Positions 55,322 through 64,000 of a stretch of 64,000 bases of DNA are shown here, one piece after another. The notes below the pieces were generated by a model, which saw nothing but the letters and a program-made list of their open reading frames with translations, was not told the origin of the DNA and did no database searches. The stretch is taken from the NCBI GenBank assembly GCA_951406725.2, contig OX597825.1, positions 51,770,001 through 51,834,000 of the forward strand, read 5' to 3'. Each line of letters starts with the position of its first letter. Positions within the stretch are counted from its first letter, which is position 1. Origin of the DNA: Octopus vulgaris. Lineage: Eukaryota. The position numbers and the translations under genes are program-made.

Positions 55322-55600
55322 ATATATATATATATATAATATATCTCATATATATATTCATATATGGGAGAGAACTAGAAAGCAAGAAAGAAAAGATCTC
55401 TAGCTGGTATATCAGGATACAGCAGTCGATTAAAAATATCCGCTTGCAATTATGATAGCGAATTGAAGATTATTTAAAGTTCAAGGCATTAAAGACAAGT
55501 TCGCAATTATTATAAACGGATAATATCATTGAAAATAATTTCAACACTGGGCACAAGAATTTTGGTAAATATAGACAATAAATGTAGACAACCTTCTACA

Positions 55601-55844
55601 TCTGTATATATAAAAGCAGGATGTGTGTGTGTATGTGTGTTAACGTGATTGTAATTTAAGCCCGTCCACAAATTAGCACGCATGTGGCTCCACTTTTAGG
55701 AGTACATTCGTCATGATCCTAGCTGTATTTTCGTCAACTTATTTTTCCCAGAAGCATCAGCGAATAGCTGTAAAAATTAATTTTCAACCTAAACTTTCAC
55801 CAATTTTCAAATGTTCGTGTGTGTATTTCCCATATATGTATATG

Positions 55845-55933
<89 letters not shown>

Positions 55934-56663
55934 TTAAGACTTAGTTGTAATCTGAACATAACCGCCTCTGACACAGAGAATCGGATGCCCTTTTGGGCAT
56001 TCTATTTTCCTTGCTGGAAGGGTTCCCAACGCATGGGCAAAGGGGCGGGGGTAGATCAGGGGGGGTTTTCAAAGGGCTGTCATGTGCAACCTGATCACCT
56101 CTGCCGATCAAACTCTCAACCCATGCGCGCCCGTCGCGACACTGATTCTGCTGAACTGGGTTGGGTGTGAAAAACAACTTTAAAGTATAAATATAGATGT
56201 TTTTGAATCAGCAATATTGTATTCGATTAAGTCCTATTTGGGGTGAAAAATCAATAAACTGATTCCTTATGGGGTTTTCCAATTAATCAGGGTAAAAAAT
56301 TCGATAAACCGATTCCTTATAGGACTTCCCACTAAAATTGGCTACACCCCATTTTCAACCATAACTTTTATCAATTTTGATGTATTTTGTTCAAACTTGA
56401 TGCCAGCATTACTTAGGACTCATGGGATCTTTGAATTCTTTAAGTTCTCCAAACCGAAAAAGGAAAATCGATGAGTAGAAAAAAATCGATAAACTGATTC
56501 CTTATGGGATTAGCCAATGAAGTTGTTTGCAACTCATTTTCAGCCAAAAGTTTACCAATTTCAACGGATTTCGCCCAAATTTGACGTCAATGTTACTTAG
56601 TTTGGTTTGAAATAAAGAACTTGATTAGCTTAATAATCCTAACTTAATCCCGGGCAAAGCTCG
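55601..56663 (+). mobile_element. Non-autonomous Helitron-like element with truncated 3' hairpin
   Basis: Starts A|TCTGTATATATAAAAGCAGGATGTGTG; three internal aaatcrataaacygattccttat subrepeats; ends cccgggcaaagctcg without CTAG. Confidence 0.7.
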
Positions 56664-57105
56664 TAGACAATAAATGTACACAACCTTCTCTGTAGCTAAG
56701 TTGTACAATCACTCCACCTAGCAAACTACATTTGTGATTAATTCTCCACATATTCACTTTATATGGCAGCCCCCTTTCATCTGCATGTACTTTAAAGCAA
56801 ACAAACATATATATCTATAACGCATAATTCTGGGGGGGGGGGGCGTATGCGTGTGTGGGTGAACGCGTGCGTGCTTGCGAGTTATTGCACATGCTTAGAT
56901 ATTTTTATGCTCTGAACGATTATGTTAATGCGTGTATTTTACATTCATTTTTAATTTTCTCTATCGTTGTAAAACAGAAACTGATGTTTTCAAAACTATT
57001 TTGAAAATATTTTCAAACTTATTTTTATTCCTGCTGAATAAAGACTTTAGTATCTGAAAGTTTTCTTATCAAGACATGTAGTTTCAAGCTATTAGCAGTA
57101 GCTTG

Positions 57106-57154
<49 letters not shown>

Positions 57155-57492
57155 ACACACACACACAAACGGACACACCACGCACACACGGACGCGCACA
57201 CAAGCACACACATACGTACTCATACACAAATGCATGCAGACACACATATTCGCACGCATACGCATACACACCTATACATTGTGATAATGAAGTCAAACTA
57301 AATAATGATACTTTGAACTATTTAATACGTACGTTTCAGACCTTTCGTATATGTAATAGGAAATACATCATCTTATTCGAGAGTTTCTTCAGTTAATACA
57401 TTTCAAAATATGAACTAGCTAATGAAAATAGTTCTATATACATATATATTTGTGGCTAAATTAGTGAAGCCGGCTACTAAATTCGGAGGAAG

Positions 57493-57553
<61 letters not shown>

Positions 57554-57789
57554 GAGAGAGAGAGAAGGAAGGTAGAAAGACAGAGAGAGGGAACAGGTAA
57601 GGGAAAGAGGGATATAAAGAGAGGTGAGAAAGAGAGGGAGTGAAAGTTAGTAAATGAAGAAGAGGAAACGAAGTATACATTTGTGCTCGTAATGCATGTC
57701 ACAAACTTGTCTGTCTTGACTCCATTTATGCAGATTCTCAAAATTGTATTTAGCTCGAGTCAAAAAATCTGTACCGTACGTAAAGCACG

Positions 57790-57824
<35 letters not shown>

Positions 57825-57974
57825 AACAAACACACATACACATACATACGTATGTATGCATGTATGTCTCTTCTGTTTTTAATTATTATAAATTTTCCAC
57901 TGAGGAGAAAGCCGGTTTCCAACGAAGATGCAAGGCTCCATCTTTGGGATGTAGTTAACACAGACAAATTCACA

Positions 57975-58620
57975 TTTGGATCTTGAGAAAAGTCTTGTAT
58001 ATTTTTACTGTTCCATTCACAGAGTGCACTTGTAATGTACGAGTTAGCCAGTCAATTTCTCTTTCTGAAAATTCTAGTTTATCCAGATTCTCCTTTGCGC
58101 ATTTACTAACAAAACCTAGTGCTGCAATTATTATTGGTATGAATATGAATTCATAGTCTGGATATAGAAGCTGGAGGTTTCGGAGCTGTTGTCCATAGAT
58201 ATCCTCTTTATTATTTTTTTTTTAATTTTTTTTTTTGTACTTGTTTCAGTCATTCGACTGCGGCCATGCTGGAGCACCGCCTTTAGAGTGGTGAAAGAGT
58301 ACAGCAGGGATCACCACCATCCCCTGCCGGAGCCTCGTGGAGCTTTTAGGTGTTTTTCGCTCAATAAACACACACAACGCCCGGTCTGGGAATCGAAACC
58401 GCGATCCTCCGACCGCAAGTCCGCTGCCCTAACCACTGGGCCATTGCGCCTCCACTTATCTTTGATTTTCAAAGAGATATTTATATCTGTAGGACAGCTA
58501 ATCTCTATGACGGTACATACCTTTGCTCCTCTGTCCCAAACGATAATATCAGGCCTTTTATGTTTACATTTCACAGAAGTTTTGATGGGAATATTCCACT
58601 AGTATTCCTTGGTGTCTTTG
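57975..58620 (-). mobile_element. REL-endonuclease LINE 3' end (R4/NeSL-like) interrupted by a SINE
   Basis: CKHKRPDIIVWD..IEISCPTDINISLKIK | EDIYGQQLRNLQLLYPDYEFIFIPIIIAALG..GTVKIYKTFLK. Confidence 0.85.
58225..58455 (-). mobile_element. tRNA-derived SINE family 3, well preserved
   Basis: Head gtggaggcgcaatggcccagtggttagggcagcgg..ggtttcgattcccagacc with A- and B-box-like motifs; same 3' tail as family 1; A-rich end. Confidence 0.88.
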
Positions 58621-59099
58621 AATGTATTCCATAACAGAGGAATTTTTAAAGTTTCTTTCAGGACAGTCTTTTTTACGCATGGCATACATTGTAAATTGTT
58701 TTTATGTATGTATGTATGTATGTATTTATGTATGTATGTATGTATGTATGTATGTATGTATGTATGTATGTATATATGTATGTATGTATATATGTATGCA
58801 TGTGTGTATGTTGTCATTATTCAGTTTCCTTCAAGATTTCTTGCCAATAGAGAAAGAACCGGTTTCTAACCTAGATCCATGGCTCCTTCATTGGAATTTC
58901 AACATCAACAACAGGGTATGTATATATGTATATATGTATATATGTATGTATATATGTATGTATTTGTGTATGTATGTATTTATGTACATATGTATGTATG
59001 TATTTTTGTTTGTATGTATGTATGTATGCACTCACATGTACAGATTTGTATGCTTTGCTTTATGTATGTATTCTCATGCATATAGTTGCATGTCTAGAC

Positions 59100-59560
59100 A
59101 TGCTCATTTATATTTAAATGATAAACTTCTGGAAAATTTTACAGATTTTTACAGTTCCAGTGATAGATTGGATCTGTAGTCTTTGAATTAGATTTCTCCT
59201 TTCTGGTTTTGAGAAGCTTAATTTCTCAAGATTGGTATTTAGGCAATGTGTTATATATACCAGGAATCCAATAATTACAGGTATAAACCTGAGTTTGTAA
59301 TCTGGATAGAGTAACTGCTGATTTCTCAATAGTTCAGCATAGGTGCTCTCTTTTTCACTGATCTTCAGCAATATGTTAACATTCGCTGGGCAGCTAGTTT
59401 CCACAATTGTTCACAGTTTCTTTGTTCTATCCCAAATCATTATATCAGGTCTGTTGTGCTTACATTTTATTGAGGTCTTCACTGACACATTCCACCAGTA
59501 TCCTTTTTTATTATGAGTGGCTATGTCTTCTACCATATTGTGGGTTCTTATTATTTTTTG
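59100..59560 (-). mobile_element. Second REL LINE 3' fragment related to 57975-58620
   Basis: YWWNVSVKTSIKCKHNRPDIMIWD..ETSCPANVNI..LLYPDYKLRFIPVIIG..GTVKICK. Confidence 0.85.
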
Positions 59561-59616
59561 TCCTTCCAACGGATAATATAGAGTGCCATAGCTACAACGT
59601 CATGTCTCATCGGTAG

Positions 59617-59659
<43 letters not shown>

Positions 59660-59669
59660 TTTTATTCTT

Positions 59670-59906
59670 TTATCATTTTACTTGTTTCAGCCATTTCACT
59701 GCGGCCATGCTGGAGCACCGCCTTTCGTCGAGCTAATCGACCCTAGAAATTATTCTTCGTAAACCTAGTCCTTATTCTATCGGGCTATTCTGCAGAACCG
59801 CTAACTTACGGGGATGTAAACGCACCAGCATCAGTTGTCAAGCGACAAACACACACACACACACATACATACATACATACATACATACATACATACATAC
59901 ATACAT

Positions 59907-59981
<75 letters not shown>

Positions 59982-60120
59982 ACAGGTTTCTTTTTGTTTC
60001 CGTCTACCAAATCCATTCACAATGCATTAGTCGGCTCGAGTCTATAATAGAATATCCCTCGCTCAAGGTGTCACGCAGTGGGGCTGAACGCGGGACCATG
60101 TAGTTTGTAAACAAGGCACC
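59670..60120 (-). mobile_element. SINE family 1, near-complete
   Basis: Tail 59670-59850, internal microsatellite, head 59980-60120. Confidence 0.8.
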
Positions 60121-60439
60121 AACTCCTACTCCTGTATTTTGATTACATCAACAATATCAAAACCTCTTAAATGGATGTTACCATCCAAAGTCCCCGGTTA
60201 TATCCAGTGCTTCAGTGGAAAAAACAAATATATTACTTTAACATAGATGGATAAGTGTATATAAAGTGATGCCATAAAAGAAAAAAATTAATCGTCTCAT
60301 TGCTAGAAATAAGAGTTAAAATACTCTTAACGTTGTAAGAAAAACGCAAATATATACACATACTGACAGGGGAGGTAACCGCCCCATGCCCGTCTCAATG
60401 GCCACCTGTCGTATGTGTGTGTGTGTTCTGTGTATGTTC

Positions 60440-61200
60440 TTTATACTTCCGACATGTTTCGAAGAAAATATTGATATTATTTCTGAGGGAATAAAATTAT
60501 GTAAAACAATATAATCATCTCGTTAGGGAAAAAAGAAAAACAAAACACATCAACAAGCCATTTTATCCGAATGTGTTTATGGCGTATATGATGAAGGGAG
60601 CGCTGGCAAGTTATTTTAAAAAACCATTAATGGGTTTAACGTCAAAGGCAATTTAGAGAAGGTGAAGGAGGAGAAATAAAGAAGTTAACAGAAAATTAAG
60701 AGTGGAGAAATATAGTGTGATAGATGAGTGGAAATAAAGCTTAAAGGCGTGTAAATAGATATATGTAGTGGAAATGAGATGTTTATAGATTGGTAGAAAC
60801 TACTTACAGAAACTAAAGGTATGTTTTTGCCAATATTTGCAACGTTAAACGCGTTTTTTAAAAGTGTTGATAAGAGAATTCTACGAGAACAGAATGAGAT
60901 ACTGTTCTTTGTCACATAGCGGACAAAAGGATTTACCTATATCATATGGAAAGGATCTGCCATTCCAAACCAATTTCTCTTTCTCTAAATGTCCTTTGAC
61001 GTTAAATCTATTAACGGTTTTTTTTTAAATAACTTAATTTGTCAGCGTTCCTTTCATCATATTCGCGGTAATCACATTCGTTTGAAATGGTTTATTGATG
61101 TGTTTTGTTTCTCATGTTTTGCCCTGACGAGAGGATTATACTGTTTTACATGATTTTATTCCCTCAGGAATAACACCAATGTTTTCTTCGAAGTATAAAG
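60440..61200. mobile_element. Palindromic element with arms of about 230 bp carrying long-stem-II hammerhead motifs
   Basis: 60440-60670 is the reverse complement of 60975-61200; consensus UUCC CUGACGA GAGGA..UCUUC GAAAC AU GUC GGAA. Confidence 0.75.
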
Positions 61201-61412
61201 ATTTGAATAACGCCTGCGTTATTCAAAATCCATTTCTTAATCTATGTTATTCAAAAATATTTCACTAAACCCTGGAAATTCTACCTTTATAAGTAGGCTG
61301 TAATATCTTTAGCACTATTTGCTATTCTGGTAACTATTTACTTATTTTTCCGTGTTATTTGTACACATTCAAGAAATACACATACATGTATACACACACA
61401 CACACATGTATG

Positions 61413-61464
<52 letters not shown>

Positions 61465-61502
61465 TGTATGTATGTATGTTTGTATGTATGTATAAATATA
61501 TA

Positions 61503-62729
61503 TTAGGTTGTTTCACATGAAATGTATTTGAAACGTAATAATAAAATGTTGTAGAAGCGTTAGAGAACGGATATATTTAATCGAAGTATGATTCATGTTT
61601 ATTTATGAAGTTTACCCATTGTTTCTCTATGTCATATATTCCATCTTTAGCTAAAAATTCATCTTTTGCTGTGGTAAACTGTCCGAATGCTTCAATTACC
61701 TCTTCCCTATTTAAGAATGTTTTATTGCTTATGAAAGCTCGAAAGGCTTAAATAAGTGATGGTCAGTAGGATAGGATAATCAGGGTAATACGAAGGATGT
61801 TACACAATCTCATAATTCAGGCTTTGCAACTTTTGGACCGTAGCTTAAGGAGTGTGAGGACGTTCATTGTCATGCAGCAAAATTAGACCATCTCTAGTCA
61901 CTAGTTTGGGTTGCTTCTTTTTCAAATTCTCATGCATACAATCAATTTCATGGCAATACGATGTTACTGTTACCGTTTTACCTTGTTGCCAAAATAAATA
62001 ATGAATAATTCCCTTCGCAGACTACCAGACAGTGACCGCTAACATTTTCGGATGCAATAATGGGTTTGGGTAGTGTTTAGGCGACCCACCTCCATCTAAT
62101 CACTTGCTGCTGACAAAGAGTATCCATTTATCAACACAAGTAATGATTTGATGCAAAATGGTCTTTTCCAGTTAAGAAATCAATAAAGGAGCACACTTCG
62201 GGGCGTCTGTGTTTTTTTAATCTCATTCAGTTGACGTGATACAAACCTATCCGTTTTCTTCACTTTTCCAATTTTTTACAGGTGTCCAAAAACAGTTGTG
62301 CGAGATGTTTGTAGTTCTGATGACAGTTTTCGAACCTTTGTTCTCGGGTTTAGTTCAACCAAAGCATTTACTCCATCGTGCCGAATAACTGATTTTGGCC
62401 TACCCCTTGGTTTATTTCCAAGGCTATCATCTCCTGAACAAGTGCTTTGGAACCATCTCTGAACAGTTCTGATGTCAACAAAATCATTACCAAAGTTCTG
62501 CTTGGTATTCCGTAGAGCTTCTGCGGCAGATTGACCCAGTCTGTACTCATACGAGATCACTCAACATAGTCTCTTTGTTATCGTTTTCATAAGACCTGTA
62601 GGTACGAATTTTTTATAGCAATATTGTTGGGAAAGAAAAAGAGTCAACATTAAATGCAAGGTATACATAATTGAATTTTTAAATGATTAGGAATATCAAG
62701 TAATTAAAAATTTCATGTGAAACAACCTA

Positions 62730-62730
<1 letters not shown>
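61503..62730 (-). mobile_element. Full-length decayed mariner element
   Basis: Perfect 21-bp TIR ttaggttgtttcacatgaaat with TA on both sides. HTH region YEYRLGQSAAEA..TVQRWF..RGRP and catalytic LLHDNERPH..HPSYYPD..TDHHLF; several stops. Confidence 0.93.
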
Positions 62731-62796
<66 letters not shown>

Positions 62797-62802
62797 CACA
62801 CG

Positions 62803-62845
<43 letters not shown>

Positions 62846-63224
62846 GTATATATATTATATTAAATTAGAGACAAAACCACTATTAGGCAAATCTGGATTT
62901 ATTCCCTAATATTTATTATTATATGTATATATATATATACGTATATATATATACGTATATATATGTATATATGTATGTGTGTGTGCATATATATCACAGT
63001 GTTCGAAATCACGTGATATGAGTACGTCTGCAAACACTTTTGCAATTTTCACTCGTTATTGGTAAGTTGGGTTTTTATATACTCGTTTCCTTGAATTCAC
63101 CAGTGTGTACAAGCGAGTTATTGTGGTTTTTGAGCCGTTTGGATTCTTATTTGTAGCAATGATTGGACTATTTTGTACCTTGATTATAAATTAATAATTT
63201 AACTTTTTTGCAGTTCTATATTTA

Positions 63225-63367
63225 ATATTTATATTATTTACATTTGACGGATATTTGCCCTCTTGTTTGTTGTTAACACAACGTTTCGGCTGATAAACCA
63301 TCCAGCCTTCAACAGGTGTCTTGGGGAAATTTCGAACCTGGGTTCTTATTCCTAAGGTATTTTTCGG

Positions 63368-63440
<73 letters not shown>

Positions 63441-63582
63441 CTCACGACCTGGAATCGAAATCGGAATCTTGGGATGAGCCTGCGCTCTTAACCATTATGC
63501 CATGTGACCGTGGATATTTGGTGTAGTGGTTAAGAACGCGGGTTACTATCCCCAAGATTCCGAGTTCGATTGCAGGCAGTGA

Positions 63583-63659
<77 letters not shown>

Positions 63660-63660
63660 G
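63225..63660. mobile_element. tRNA-centre/hammerhead-arm element with two divergent tRNA-like heads; right arm absent
   Basis: Left arm with hammerhead at 63274-63322 (minus), (ATT)n, reverse head 63437-63497, forward head 63519-63588 (TGGTGTAGTGG A-box, GAGTTCGATTGC B-box), (AAT)n. Confidence 0.85.
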
Positions 63661-63859
63661 ATAGATAGAAGAGTGTCATATCGTGTGAAATTGGTTGAAC
63701 AATATTTCGACATAAGCGTGCCTTCAACAGATTCAAAATTACATGTCAGTCTACTTCATTTTTTAAAGACTATATAGGACCGAGGTAGCTCATCCTGAAG
63801 TTATACACAAATAAATAGAAATATTATTATTATTATCATTATTATTATTATTATTATTG

Positions 63860-64000
63860 AGTGAGAGAGCAGTTCATGCCATCAAAGTGACACTGGGGTA
63901 AAATATACGAAGCCCAATATACCCATCATGACTACCCGTCTGATAAAGGTACACCAGGCACATGCATCAAAACCATATGTGCGCGACATGGTGATCTCAT
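63860..64000 (+). repeat. Unclassified interspersed repeat following (ATT)n, running off the window
   Basis: GC-richer sequence starting abruptly after a microsatellite; family not identified. Confidence 0.3.

Noticed and set aside
63519-63588. tRNA-like heads as genuine tRNA genes (also 58380-58455, 35515-35582, 26535-26600)
   Set aside because: A- and B-boxes are present but no complete cloverleaf with an acceptor stem could be drawn, and each is fused to a repeat body.

Overview
This is an AT-rich eukaryotic window saturated with microsatellites. Its tRNA-derived SINE families resemble, from memory, those of Octopus or another coleoid cephalopod (inference). I find no intact host gene, true tRNA/rRNA or CRISPR array, and most ORFs in the supplied track are microsatellite translations. 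The content is mainly decayed transposons: R4/Dong-like REL-endonuclease LINEs in (AAT)n tracts, RTE and CR1/L2 LINEs, Penelope-like element (PLE) pieces including a GIY-YIG domain, Helitrons, a mariner with perfect 21-bp TIRs, a maT/DD37D-like transposase and many SINEs. The most interesting signal is a recurring class of palindromic, head-to-head non-autonomous elements. Three unrelated arm families carry outward-facing minimal hammerhead ribozyme motifs. One family has divergent tRNA-derived Pol III heads at its centre, and another uses a U3-A8 core variant and links to a GIY-YIG PLE in the window. Also noted are a pre-miRNA-like hairpin, a Helitron with an unexpected 26-bp flanking duplication, a SINE-LINE shared 3' tail, and several decayed coding-like segments of unknown identity. 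Coordinates were read by eye and are approximate unless a motif is quoted.
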